Below, piece by piece: positions 28,647 to 38,739 of a stretch of DNA of 64,000 nt; the first letter of the stretch is position 1, and every line of letters starts with the position of its first letter. The stretch lies in contig JBCBZT010000012.1 of NCBI GenBank assembly GCA_039815185.1, positions 96,001-160,000 of the forward strand. Reading direction: 5' to 3'. The position numbers and the translations under genes were made by a program. The DNA comes from Cyanobacteria bacterium P01_A01_bin.123 (GTDB taxonomy: Bacteria; Cyanobacteriota; Cyanobacteriia; Phormidesmidales; Phormidesmidaceae). The notes under the pieces were generated by a model. The model saw nothing but the letters and a program-made list of their open reading frames with translations, did not search any database and was not told the origin of the DNA.

Positions 28647-30386
28647 CTAACTGATTGGTGAATAAGCTGTATCCAGGAGATCTAGTATAGTCTCAGCACT
28701 TCCCTGCCCAATCACCTGAATTTGTGGACCGTGAAGTGACTCTTTAAATATATCAATCTCTTCTTTGCTAGGGCATTCATGGGCCCCACCTAATTTCTGG
28801 CAAGCATATGCTGCCCAAGCTTGACTATCTTTCACAGCTCTTTGAAGATCGAAAAAAGAGAAGATTGACTCATGCTTGTCAAATAGATGTGATGCAATGG
28901 CTGCACCAAAAGCGTCCCCCGCACCTGTAGGATCTACAATTTTTCCTGGTTTATAAGGAAGTATTAAAATAAGCCCATCTGCACCATCTTTATAGCTACA
29001 GACTGCCCCTAATTTATCCATAGTAATTACACTTGTAACTCCTTTTTTGTTTAGAGAAGTTACAATCTCCTTCAAAGCAAGATCCTTCTTATCTACCTGG
29101 AATAAGCGCTTGACTTCATCTAGATTGAGCTGAAAAATAGAAATTTTTGGTAAAAACTCTTGCCAGAAGTCAAATCCATATTCGATTTGACTTCTGCCAA
29201 AATTAGCAAGGATATCAGCATTAGGGAATCTACTTATCAGTAGCTTTGTACATTTCCCTGAGCCTTCACTATCAGCATAAATATGCCCAATAATAACAGT
29301 CTTTATCCTCCTTTCAACTTCTTCCCCAAGGTCATCTAGGCGATTCGTAAGGTGGCGGAAAAAGTCTCCCTGCTCCACATTTTCGGTAAGAATAGTACGT
29401 TTCTCCCCTCTCACCAGAATCGTAGAGTAATTTGTTATTGCTCCAGGAATAAAAAAATTTTCAGAACCAACAAAATCATCAATTATTTTTGGCAATTTAC
29501 TCGTCCGTCTTATAGTGTTGAGAAGCTCTTCTTGAATACACTCTCCAAGACGATCCCGACCAACGCCAGGTATTGGGATTACTGGGATGCCAAAGTTCAT
29601 CAGGCGTATACTATAGTTAATACAGCTTCCACCAAAAAGTTTAATAGGATTAACGGTATATTTCCGATCTTCTTTGAACTCTAACGGTAGCTGAATTATA
29701 TTTTCACCATTGCTTCCACCAACAACAAGAACATAATTTTCCTGCTCACAAACATTTACTAGCTGGTTTTGTTTTCGGATAGGTAGCAATCTAGTCCAGT
29801 AGTCATCTTGCTGATGAGACTCTGTCTGAAGGTTTCGTAGTTCAGGGAGCTTCTCCAAAACCGCATAGGAAGGAAGAGCACCACCGCCTAAATCGCTAAA
29901 TTTATCACGAGTAAAATTAAGAATTCCGCATACTTTACCTGTTCGCTGATTCAACAAGGCAGCCCCGCTCATCCCTTTGCTCACCTGTCCCTGAGCAAAC
30001 TTGATGAATGCTGGTTTATCTCCCGTTAACCCCTCACACGTAAACGTCACTGGGCAACCGTTGGGAAAATTATCAGGATAGCCAAATATATATAGTGGGT
30101 CGCGGGTTTGAACTTCTTCACCCAAATACACACAGGACGGATTGACATTGGTTGGAAGCGTTACCCTAAGTAGAGCCAGATCCCAAGGATCAGGTAAAAG
30201 CTGCTCTACAATAGCTTCTACGTCGCTCTCTTGGTTTTGCAACCGTATTTGAACAAATTTCTCGTTCTGTACGACATGAGCACAAGTAAGAATATATTCA
30301 CGGGCCACAAAGAAACCTGTACCCCTTCCACAGGGACTTATGAGCTTTACCGTGCATAGCTTCAGCAGTTCTTCTAGGCGACTCAT
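28647..30386 (-). CDS. trypsin-like serine protease fused to a PfkB/ribokinase-family kinase
   Basis: Protease: GTGFFV, LTCAHVV, DLALL, GMSGAAL (H-D-S triad). Kinase: FGGSCIN, GVGRDRLG, LNLDE, VITMDKLGA, DPTGAGDAF. Confidence 0.9.
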   Translation of the reverse strand: MSRLEELLKLCTVKLISPCGRGTGFFVAREYILTCAHVVQNEKFVQIRLQNQESDVEAIVEQLLPDPWDLALLRVTLPTNVNPSCVYLGEEVQTRDPLYIFGYPDNFPNGCPVTFTCEGLTGDKPAFIKFAQGQVSKGMSGAALLNQRTGKVCGILNFTRDKFSDLGGGALPSYAVLEKLPELRNLQTESHQQDDYWTRLLPIRKQNQLVNVCEQENYVLVVGGSNGENIIQLPLEFKEDRKYTVNPIKLFGGSCINYSIRLMNFGIPVIPIPGVGRDRLGECIQEELLNTIRRTSKLPKIIDDFVGSENFFIPGAITNYSTILVRGEKRTILTENVEQGDFFRHLTNRLDDLGEEVERRIKTVIIGHIYADSEGSGKCTKLLISRFPNADILANFGRSQIEYGFDFWQEFLPKISIFQLNLDEVKRLFQVDKKDLALKEIVTSLNKKGVTSVITMDKLGAVCSYKDGADGLILILPYKPGKIVDPTGAGDAFGAAIASHLFDKHESIFSFFDLQRAVKDSQAWAAYACQKLGGAHECPSKEEIDIFKESLHGPQIQVIGQGSAETILDLLDTAYSPIS

Positions 30387-30389
30387 AAA

Positions 30390-30716
30390 TTATTCCCCTT
30401 GCTGTACTTCCCACTCTAAAGTGATTTCCAGATTAGCTTTGCTGGAACCTTTCACTATTACTGCAGTCAGTTGTCCAGACTCGATTGACAGTTCCATACC
30501 AAATTTTACGCTAGCTTTCTTAGGCTTTACCTTTTGAATCGGGGTGGCAATCATCTGTACCAAGCCCTCAATCGCATCTGCAACAGGCTGAAACTGCTTT
30601 TTATCAAAGCTCGCGCTGGCTTTCTCTAGTCCCGTTTGTGCTACCTCAAATTTGACAGTAGCCCCATTTGGCAGCTGAATTGGAATAGTATTACTGTAAG
30701 GATTAGTAAAGGTCAT
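30390..30716 (-). CDS. Trypco1 (CU044_2847-family) trypsin-co-occurring protein
   Basis: 108 aa with KPKKASVKFGMELSIESGQLTAVIVKGSSKANLEITLEW; ends 3 nt before the protease start. Confidence 0.85.
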   Translation of the reverse strand: MTFTNPYSNTIPIQLPNGATVKFEVAQTGLEKASASFDKKQFQPVADAIEGLVQMIATPIQKVKPKKASVKFGMELSIESGQLTAVIVKGSSKANLEITLEWEVQQGE

Positions 30717-30879
30717 ATTTGTAGATACCTAAGAAGATTAGATTACTATCTTAAAATATCCAGCAGTATTGGCTCCGATTGCGTTCAATGTATACATTGA
30801 TTTCGGCTTGGTAATCTAAATAATAGCAGCGTGCATCAGAGATTTGAGTCCAGTGCCTCATCGAGGTAAGAATGGGCCT

Positions 30880-30898
30880 AGTTAACTATCAATTAGAG
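30880..30898 (-). mobile_element. putative integron attI core
   Basis: Minus strand CTCTAA-TTGATA-GTTAACT has the same spacing as attI1 (CCCTAA-AACAAA-GTTRRRY); about 110 nt upstream of the intI remnant. Confidence 0.45.
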
Positions 30899-31006
30899 AG
30901 AACCATTCCATATAACTCCCTTAAATGGGTGTTTAAGTAGAAACTTTTCAGCCTAATTCCCTGATTTGGGCGTTTAGGTGGAAATACGTCAGCCTAATAC
31001 TCTTAT

Positions 31007-31210
31007 ATGGCTGTGCACCTAGCCAGCATCAATAAACGAGTCGGTTGTCATACGTTTCGCCATAGCTTTGCGACCCACCTTCTAGAAAATGGCTATGACA
31101 TCCGCACGATTCAAGAACTGCTGGGCCACAAAGATGTCAAGACAACAATGATTTGTACCCACGTTTTGAATCGTGGTGGTCGTGGCGTCAGGAGTCCCTT
31201 GGATGGCTAA
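31007..31210 (+). pseudogene. intI: integron integrase, C-terminal remnant
   Basis: [53 protein letters not shown] is the IntI-type C-terminus; only 67 aa remain and the catalytic Y of TMIYTH is C. Confidence 0.88.
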
Positions 31211-31230
31211 GCGGGAGTGCGAAAAACCTA

Positions 31231-33771
31231 CTATTCATTCTCCTGCTTCCACTCTGTCAACACCCCATACAATCCCCAAATCGCCATCGGTCGTAAATAA
31301 TGACACGCCCGAAACGTGCCCACCGCTGTGATCGCCTCTGGTGTGCGAAACTGCAACCCATACTCATAAATCTGCCGCACCACCGCCTTACTAATAGTCA
31401 ACGCCTCCTTAACCATGCCCGTATGGGCCATAAACGCAGCCAGACCAAAGTTAATCCCCGTCCACACTTCTAGCTGATGAGTATCGTCAAAATGCTCCGG
31501 TACGCCGTCTGGCAAAATGCCATTGGCCGCACCCACCGCCATGCCCAAACTAGCAGTGCTAAAATTCCCCGTTTGCGTCCCTTCAAATCGCTGGTTTTGC
31601 ACCACCGAATGGGTCTGCACATATTGATTGAACTTGACAAAACAGGCGTCGTAAATCGTTTCTAGTGCCGATTGGATATACTCTGGTTCTACCAAATCCG
31701 GCAGGCCCATCAACTGCGCCATGAACTGGCCGCAAAGTTGATCCGCCATCACTACTTCAGAGCCGCTGTGGGTATCCAGACGGTAGTAGCGACCGTTCCA
31801 CAGTTTGTTTTGATAGACAACTTGCCCATGCTTCAACCAGCGGCGATATTGGGTCAGTAAAATCGGCAGATTGCCGGGGGCACGCTGATGTTGGGTGAGG
31901 ACATCTGCGATCGCGATCGCAGCTTCCAACGCCGCCAACCATAACCCACCACAATAGGCACTGACGCCCTTAAGCTGCCAGTCATCAAAGGTTTGATCCG
32001 GCGCACCGCCGTTTTCAGGGATGCCGTCGCCGTCTTGGTCAAACCGCTTGAGATAGGTCAGGGTATCTACCACCGCAGGCCAGCAGTCCGCCAAGAAATC
32101 AACGTCGGTTTCTCCAGTCAACTTGTAGGCGCGGTACACCTGCAACACAAAATCACTACCCAGATCTTTCCACTGGTTGCAGTCTTGATAGCTGGTGTAA
32201 TTGGTCTTTTCAAACGGGGATTCATTCGGAGCCCCCAAATCGTGGGGGGTTGCCCCTTGCGCTTTGCGAATTGCGGGCGGGCTTTCTTCTCCCATCGTCA
32301 GGTAGTAGCCCACAATGCGCGGCGTCTGATCCGCTGTAGGAATGGCGCGGGCAAAGGCTCGAATCACCGCTTTTTCGAGTTCAGGCCACAGCATCAATAC
32401 ACCAAAGCCGCCATAGAGCCGGACGTCTAGACTTTCATACCAGCGGTAATCCAGGCACTCTAGCACTGCAAATTGCCCCACCGGGTCGCGATCGCTGGCG
32501 GCAGTCCATAACGTCCCGCCGCTGGTGAGGTCATATAGCTCATTGAACAGGGCCATTTTGAACCAGTTGGGCAAAGCGGTGCGATCGCAGATCGGATCTT
32601 GCCAATCTGCGATCGCTTGATGCCAAGCCGGATAGTCTTTCAAAGCTGTGATTGCGATTTGCCAAGCGTTACGCCCACTGCGATCAAAGAAATCCGTATA
32701 GCGACGGTAAGCGCTGGTACCCGCTGCAAACTCGGTTACGGGTAAATCCCAGGTGATAACGATGGGCACTCGGCGCGATTGTCCTGGGGCTAGGGTAAAT
32801 CGCAGCGCGATTGCCCCCCCAATTTGCTCCCCCGTCACCGCCGGATCGGCATTCCCCAGATTGGGTAGTGAGCCATCTTGGGCAAAGGATTGCCATAAAT
32901 CTGCGCCATTCCCGGCTGGGTTCCAGCGACTGTGGTGAAAGATCTCGGTGTTGGGGAGATTAGTGGTGGCGATCGCCCATTGTCCTTCCCCTTCCAGGCA
33001 AACTCTGTCCTCTGCCCGCGCCCCGTCCATCAAAATTCCAACAAACTTTGGATTGTCAACCCAGTGATTGGTACTGCCCTCGCTTTTGTCTAGGGGCGGC
33101 ACGTAATCATAAAACGGACTGCCGTCATCCCGCTGTTGCACACTGGGCGATTTGTTGGCATTAGTGAACCAGTTCACCATGTTCTGCCAAGACACCATCA
33201 GGCTTAGGGTCAGTGGCTTATCTGTTGGGTTTTGCACCGTCCACTCAAACACCGCAACGGGATAACTGGCTTCTTGGTAATTGTTGGGCCAGATCGGCGA
33301 AAACTGCTCGCAGGTCACCTTGGCATTGAACACGTTCTCATAGACAAATCCGCTGCGGGGATACAAGGCATAATAAGTCCCCGTAGATTTGGAAGGCTTA
33401 TCCCCTTGATCTGATGCGGGATACCACTGCCAGCTGGTTAAAGTACCATCCTGTGGTGGCTGGGTGCAAAGGGCATAGGCTTGAGGCGCTGCCCCTTCAA
33501 CCTGCTCAAACAGGCTAAACTGGCAAGCCCCAAATGACTGTTCCGCCGATTGATAAATGTGTTCGCCACCATCAATGTGCCAGAGGGTAAAGTCTCCTCG
33601 GGGCGATCGGCCGATGCAACCCGCCCCGAAACCACCCAGGGGGGCCCCGTGCCAGGGGCCATCGTCAAGGTTACTGGCATAGCGAACCACGTAGGAATTA
33701 GCCCAACCTTGACCAATCGGTCGGTTCCAGGCGCAGTCGGGGATGTTGGGGAAGATGTCTTGTTTAGCCAT
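31231..33771 (-). CDS. GH116 family glycoside hydrolase (glucosylceramidase-like beta-glucosidase)
   Basis: GAPLGGFGAG, ALFNELY, LECLDYRWYESLDV, PHDLG, DQTFDDW and FRTPEA motifs. Confidence 0.93.
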   Translation of the reverse strand: MAKQDIFPNIPDCAWNRPIGQGWANSYVVRYASNLDDGPWHGAPLGGFGAGCIGRSPRGDFTLWHIDGGEHIYQSAEQSFGACQFSLFEQVEGAAPQAYALCTQPPQDGTLTSWQWYPASDQGDKPSKSTGTYYALYPRSGFVYENVFNAKVTCEQFSPIWPNNYQEASYPVAVFEWTVQNPTDKPLTLSLMVSWQNMVNWFTNANKSPSVQQRDDGSPFYDYVPPLDKSEGSTNHWVDNPKFVGILMDGARAEDRVCLEGEGQWAIATTNLPNTEIFHHSRWNPAGNGADLWQSFAQDGSLPNLGNADPAVTGEQIGGAIALRFTLAPGQSRRVPIVITWDLPVTEFAAGTSAYRRYTDFFDRSGRNAWQIAITALKDYPAWHQAIADWQDPICDRTALPNWFKMALFNELYDLTSGGTLWTAASDRDPVGQFAVLECLDYRWYESLDVRLYGGFGVLMLWPELEKAVIRAFARAIPTADQTPRIVGYYLTMGEESPPAIRKAQGATPHDLGAPNESPFEKTNYTSYQDCNQWKDLGSDFVLQVYRAYKLTGETDVDFLADCWPAVVDTLTYLKRFDQDGDGIPENGGAPDQTFDDWQLKGVSAYCGGLWLAALEAAIAIADVLTQHQRAPGNLPILLTQYRRWLKHGQVVYQNKLWNGRYYRLDTHSGSEVVMADQLCGQFMAQLMGLPDLVEPEYIQSALETIYDACFVKFNQYVQTHSVVQNQRFEGTQTGNFSTASLGMAVGAANGILPDGVPEHFDDTHQLEVWTGINFGLAAFMAHTGMVKEALTISKAVVRQIYEYGLQFRTPEAITAVGTFRACHYLRPMAIWGLYGVLTEWKQENE

Positions 33772-33926
33772 CCCCTGATTTTACAGACAACCTGCGTGAG
33801 GCGATCGCATTTCATCTAGAGGGATTGGCGATAGAGGGCCTCGGCATCCCACAACCCTCCACAACATCTGCCTATGTTGAAGTTGCCGCATAGGGTATGA
33901 GGCAACTGAATTGCATCAGATGATAT

Positions 33927-34676
33927 CTATCGTCGATAAGGCACCTTCTGATCAATATCAATATCGTAAACAGAAATGGAGTTCGGCTGGGCACCTTTGG
34001 AGTTGAGGCTTTTGGCCATATTGAGAAACAAGCTGGGATCGCCAGTTTTGGGTTGGCTGTCGTAGGGGCGGAAGTTGCGGACAGACTCTTGCCAGATTGC
34101 TTGGGGAAAGCCTAATTGATTGCGATGATAGGCATCATACCGAGGCGAGGTAATGTTGAAGGGCGTTTCACCCAAAACACGACTGGGCAGAATCCGACGA
34201 CGGTGATAAGGAACGATATTTTCACCAAAGTTCTCGATGTATTCGTCACTGTTCAAGAGGTTATCAATAAACCCTTTAACGCCCTTGCTCATCACCACTG
34301 CTGACCAGGCAATCTTCTCCGCATTGCTGTAAACTCGACGCCCCAAAACCTTTTGAACACAGTGTTCAACAAAGCGATAATTACTATTTTTGTTGTAAAA
34401 ACTGTCGATAAAGGTATTCGACAATAACAATCCACGAACAAAGTCACGAACTGTGATCTGTCTATTGCGAAGTTGAGATTCCAGGACAATCTCACGATCC
34501 CATCTAAACGCATGAAAAAAGATTTGGCGATAGGCAGCATCTATGAGATTACCCATGTCTGTTGGCGAAAATAGATCATCCGTTGAATAAATAATAGCTT
34601 CGTCATCCCGAGCACCCAGTGCATCTACGCGTTGATTCGGACAAGAAGGGGAATACGCTAATAGAGGAATAGCCAC
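33927..34676 (-). CDS. cpcG: phycobilisome rod-core linker
   Basis: GTG start MAIPLLAY...NQRV; AAYRQIF and [19 protein letters not shown]; hydrophilic C-terminus, so not CpcL. Confidence 0.9.
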   Translation of the reverse strand: MAIPLLAYSPSCPNQRVDALGARDDEAIIYSTDDLFSPTDMGNLIDAAYRQIFFHAFRWDREIVLESQLRNRQITVRDFVRGLLLSNTFIDSFYNKNSNYRFVEHCVQKVLGRRVYSNAEKIAWSAVVMSKGVKGFIDNLLNSDEYIENFGENIVPYHRRRILPSRVLGETPFNITSPRYDAYHRNQLGFPQAIWQESVRNFRPYDSQPKTGDPSLFLNMAKSLNSKGAQPNSISVYDIDIDQKVPYRR

Positions 34677-35053
34677 GTTTACACAAATCTCCAATTCTAT
34701 AAAACTTTGCCAAAAGCGTTCGAATTATACGCTAAGCGTGTAATTCGAATAATCATAATCTAGCAAGGGCTGAAGAGCCCTCCCTATTTAATGAGAGATC
34801 GAGTTGTTTAACGGCGGTTATTAGGAATCTCAAACTCGGCTTCTAGACTTTACGCAATCATACAAGGACGAGGGAATTTTAATCTGCATGCATCGAATAA
34901 AATGTTGCAGAATTTAACTTTAACGACCAAAGAAAACACTGAATAAATTTTTTGCAGCAAAAAATAACTCAATGATTTGTAACGCAAATGTTTCCCGCTG
35001 CATTGTACAAACAGATTACAAGGTTGTGAGTTTATTTTAACCAATAGCTTACT

Positions 35054-35101
35054 GTTTTCTGCACAAATACTGCACAAGTTTTCTGCACAAATACTGCACA
35101 A
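35054..35101 (+). promoter_or_regulatory. perfect 24-bp tandem duplication containing two L-box-like direct repeats
   Basis: (GTTTTCTGCACAAATACTGCACAA)x2 gives CTGCACA-N4-CTGCACA twice; the RcaC L-box consensus is TTGCACA-N4-TTGCACA. Confidence 0.65.
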
Positions 35102-35125
35102 ATCAAATAAGGAGATTTAGATCCC

Positions 35126-35644
35126 ATGCTAGACGCCTTTACTAAGGTTGTTTCCCAATGTGATGTTCGAGGTCAGTTTGTGAGCAATGCTCAAATTGAT
35201 GCGCTATTGGCCGTGGTTAAGGATGGTACGAAGCGCACCGATGTTGTGAACCGGATTACAAGCAACGCTTCCACAATCGTGACTAATGCAGCTCGTGCAT
35301 TATTTGAAGATCAGCCTCAGTTGATTGCTCCCGGCGGCAATGCTTACACTAATCGTCGGATTTCTGCCTGTATGCGCGACATGGATATCGTCCTACGCTA
35401 TGTCACCTATGCGGTGTTTTTAGGAGACGCCAATGTTCTAGAAGATCGCTGTTTGAATGGTCTGAGGGAAACCTATTTAGCGTTGGGAGTTCCTGGATCT
35501 TCCGTCGGCACCAGCATCCTTAAAATGAAGGAAGCTGCCATTGCCATTGCTAACGATAGTAACAATATCCAACCGGGTGATTGTAGCTCTTTGATGGCTG
35601 AATTAGCGGGCTACTTCGATCGAGCAGCAGCAGCAGTGAGCTAA
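35126..35644 (+). CDS. cpcB: phycocyanin beta subunit (divergent)
   Basis: 172 aa; [11 protein letters not shown]82 in [16 protein letters not shown] and C153 in GDCS. Confidence 0.93.
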   Translation: MLDAFTKVVSQCDVRGQFVSNAQIDALLAVVKDGTKRTDVVNRITSNASTIVTNAARALFEDQPQLIAPGGNAYTNRRISACMRDMDIVLRYVTYAVFLGDANVLEDRCLNGLRETYLALGVPGSSVGTSILKMKEAAIAIANDSNNIQPGDCSSLMAELAGYFDRAAAAVS

Positions 35645-35785
35645 AAGCCTGTGGACTGACGCACAAGCTTAAGACAGCATTCTCAAAGTCTGTCATGACA
35701 AGAAATATATTCAAGCTAAAGCGGTTTCTCGCTCAAGCTTTTTCCAGATCAAAACTTTCTGAACTATTAGGGAGATATTATTTCA

Positions 35786-36271
35786 ATGAAGACGCAATTA
35801 ACTGAGGCGGTTGCCGCAGCTGATTCTCAAGGCCGTTACATAGGCAACACTGAACTTCAAGTTGCATTGGGTCGTCTGCGGTTGGCTACGGCTGACCTAG
35901 AAGCAGCCAAGGCTCTGGGTGCTAAAGCTTCACAATTGGCTGAAGGCGCAGCTAATGCGGTCTACCAAAAGTTCCCCTACACCACCACCATGCAAGGCAA
36001 CAATTATGCCTCTGATGCTCGTGGCAAAGCCAAGTGCTTGCGCGACATCGGCTACTATGTGCGGATGATTCAATACTGTCTGATTGCAGGTGGAACAGGC
36101 CCTGCTGATGATTACCTATTGGCCGGTCTAGCTGAAATGCACAGCAGCTTTGAATTGGTTCCCAGTTGGTATGCTGAAGCGCTCAAGTATATCAAAGCTA
36201 ACCATGGTTTGACGGGTGACCCTGGGCTTGAGGTCAACTCCTACATCGACTACATCATCAACGCACTCTAG
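35786..36271 (+). CDS. cpcA: phycocyanin alpha subunit (divergent)
   Basis: 161 aa; [16 protein letters not shown]84 in [14 protein letters not shown] and YIKANHGL. Confidence 0.93.
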   Translation: MKTQLTEAVAAADSQGRYIGNTELQVALGRLRLATADLEAAKALGAKASQLAEGAANAVYQKFPYTTTMQGNNYASDARGKAKCLRDIGYYVRMIQYCLIAGGTGPADDYLLAGLAEMHSSFELVPSWYAEALKYIKANHGLTGDPGLEVNSYIDYIINAL

Positions 36272-36409
36272 TCGCGTGCGTTGCCCAGAAAGATAAGTGG
36301 TTCTATTAATAGATGGCTCTGTTTATCATTCTGGGCAACTTTATAAACAACAAAGTTAAAAATCTGTGAAAAACCGTGTTTATCGATTTTTAGATTAGGG
36401 GAAACAACT

Positions 36410-37225
36410 ATGGCTGGTTTAAAGGAAGCGGGGAGATTAGGAATTAAACCCTTTGAGGAAGCTGAACCTGTTGAATTACGTCCCAATTGGGCTCAAGATG
36501 AGGTTCAAGCTGTGATTTCGGCAGCCTACCGACAGGTGCTAGGCAATGAGCATCTGATGGAGAGTGAGCGATTAGTAGGGGCTGAATCACTTTTGGTGAG
36601 AGGCCTTATTTCGGTGCGAGGCTTTGTTCGGGCGATCGCAGCGTCAGAACTCTATCGCGAGAAGTTTTTGTATCCTAACTTTCATGTCCGCTTTATCGAG
36701 TTGAACTACAAGCACCTATTAGGACGAGCACCTTACGATCAGACTGAGATTTCCTATCATTTGGATCTATTCCTCTCCGAAGGGTATGAAGCTGAGATTG
36801 ATGCTTATCTCAACTCAGAAGAATATCTCAATGCTTTTGGGGATAATATTGTTCCCTATCATCGAGATTTTCAAGTTGATCACCCAGGGCAGCGAGCGGT
36901 CGGCTTTAGTCGTTTGATGCATCTCTATCGTGGCTACGCTAATAGCGATCGGGCACAAGGACAAAAGCAACCCTTGTTAACCTGGGAAGTGGCCAGAAAT
37001 TCAGCAACCTCGATCGCGGCTTCTAGCCCCAGCGCCCTCTCTGGTGGTTTAGGAGGGGCTCGCGGGGACGTCTATCGACTACGGGTGATGCGATCTGCAC
37101 GCCCCAATTCAGCTGTTGTACGACAGACCACAACTGAAGTGCTGGTTTCCTATGAACAATTGACGACTAAGCTCCAACAGTTGAGTCGTTCTGGAAGTAA
37201 GGTGATCAGTGTTACCACTGTCTAG
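36410..37225 (+). CDS. cpcC: phycocyanin rod linker (CpcC2/CpcH-like)
   Basis: [22 protein letters not shown] and [10 protein letters not shown] motifs; CpcD-like C-terminus. Confidence 0.88.
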   Translation: MAGLKEAGRLGIKPFEEAEPVELRPNWAQDEVQAVISAAYRQVLGNEHLMESERLVGAESLLVRGLISVRGFVRAIAASELYREKFLYPNFHVRFIELNYKHLLGRAPYDQTEISYHLDLFLSEGYEAEIDAYLNSEEYLNAFGDNIVPYHRDFQVDHPGQRAVGFSRLMHLYRGYANSDRAQGQKQPLLTWEVARNSATSIAASSPSALSGGLGGARGDVYRLRVMRSARPNSAVVRQTTTEVLVSYEQLTTKLQQLSRSGSKVISVTTV

Positions 37226-37257
37226 TGATGACATGCCTTAGTCCATCGTTTTCCCTT

Positions 37258-37283
37258 TAGGGGCGCAAGGCTCTGCGTCCCTA
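37258..37283. repeat. REP-like palindrome between the linker genes
   Basis: TAGGGGCGCA-aggctc-TGCGTCCCTA; a second hairpin TTCACCAAAGGG...CCCTTTGGTGAA follows. Confidence 0.55.
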
Positions 37284-37403
37284 CCCCACTCTTCAAATCG
37301 GATGGCGTTCACCAAAGGGCAATCGATTGCTGATTACCCTTTGGTGAATCAGCCTACCCATTTTCATCTATATCTTTTGGAATTTATTGAAGGAGAATTT
37401 CAG

Positions 37404-38273
37404 GTGGCTATTACAACAGCAGCATCTCGACTAGGGACGTCGGCGTTTAGTGATGTCGCGCCAGTCGAACTGCGTCCAAATGCAAGTCAGGAAGATATTG
37501 AAGCGGTTATTCTGGCTGTTTATCAACAGGTATTGGGTAATCCCCATCTTCTAACTTCTGAGCGTCTTGTCATTGCTGAGTCTCTGTTACGCGATCGCAA
37601 GATCACAGTGCAGGAATTTGTTCGTCAAGTTGCCAAATCAGATCTGTACAAGCAGAAATTCTTCCACAATAATTTTCAAAGCCGGACAATTGAGCTCAAC
37701 TATAAGCACCTCCTCGGGCGGGCACCCTATGAGCAGTCAGAAATTACGGAGCATATGAATTTGTATCAATCCAACGGTTTTGATGCAGATATTGACGCCT
37801 ACATTGACTCGCCTGAGTATCAGACCAGCTTTGGTGAATACATCGTGCCCTACTACCGAGACTTTGTGACCACAGGCATGGGTCAAAGATCAAGTGGATT
37901 TCCCCGTTTACTCCAGCTTTATCGGGGTTATGCCAACAGTGATCGGGCGCAGTTGATCGGCAATGCCCCCCGATTGGTCAAGGATCTAGCGCTTAATACT
38001 GCTTCTGGGATAAACCCTCCTTCTGGTGGTGCAGGGGGATTTGCTTTTCTACCCGCCCTAAAAGGTGATGCATCTTTTAGCACCTTTGGCGGTTCAAAAG
38101 CTTTCGGATCTAGTCGGCTCTTCCGAGTTGAAGTTGCAGGCATTAATGGGCCTGGCTATCCCAAGGTTCGCCGGGTTAATAAGGCCGTCATTATTCCCTA
38201 TGAAGAGCTCACCCCTCACATGCAGAGAGTGCAACGCCAGGGCGGTAAGATCGCCAGCATTACGCCACTCTAG
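37404..38273 (+). CDS. cpcC: phycocyanin rod linker (CpcC1/CpcI-like)
   Basis: GTG start after [23 protein letters not shown]...[12 protein letters not shown]-terminus. Confidence 0.92.
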   Translation: MAITTAASRLGTSAFSDVAPVELRPNASQEDIEAVILAVYQQVLGNPHLLTSERLVIAESLLRDRKITVQEFVRQVAKSDLYKQKFFHNNFQSRTIELNYKHLLGRAPYEQSEITEHMNLYQSNGFDADIDAYIDSPEYQTSFGEYIVPYYRDFVTTGMGQRSSGFPRLLQLYRGYANSDRAQLIGNAPRLVKDLALNTASGINPPSGGAGGFAFLPALKGDASFSTFGGSKAFGSSRLFRVEVAGINGPGYPKVRRVNKAVIIPYEELTPHMQRVQRQGGKIASITPL

Positions 38274-38490
38274 GATTAGGAAAGCGTAGAGGGTATATCT
38301 TAAGGCGAGAAACTCCACGGTAAAAAAGTTCTCGCCTATTGATTTGTTGCTTTTAAGTCTTCCGCCTTTTTCGGGGGAAAAATCGCTAAGTCCAAAAGCT
38401 GCAATTCGACTCGAATAATCTCTTGCCAAATAAAAAAATATTGTTTGAACCGCCGCCATAACGAGTGGCTAAATAGCCATGCATTACACA

Positions 38491-38525
38491 ACGATTAGCG
38501 GGAGCAAAGTGCTCCCGCTAATCGT
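38491..38525. terminator. perfect 16-bp hairpin
   Basis: ACGATTAGCGGGAGCA-aag-TGCTCCCGCTAATCGT. Confidence 0.65.
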
Positions 38526-38616
38526 CATCATTGGGCCTTTTATATTACATCGACTTCGGGTCATTGCGTTTGCGTTGATCAGCCCGCCCATGCCCCGCAT
38601 AGTCAGATCTCACGAA

Positions 38617-38739
38617 TTAGAACAAATGCCTTGATTCGAGAAATACAAACCCTAATCGAAACAGGCTCATCCCAATGTAAGACACCAACACCACAAAAAT
38701 CACTGCATTCAAAATACTGCGAACAGAATGCGTTGACAT
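38617..38739 (-). CDS. possible 40-aa single-TM peptide
   Basis: MSTHSVRSILNAVIFVVLVSYIGMSLFRLGFVFLESRHLF; not in the ORF track. Confidence 0.35.
   Translation of the reverse strand: MSTHSVRSILNAVIFVVLVSYIGMSLFRLGFVFLESRHLF

Noticed and set aside
34850..35101. ORF starting MCSICAENLCSICAEN that looks like a Cys-rich peptide
   Set aside because: Artefact of the 24-bp duplication read on the minus strand in a promoter region
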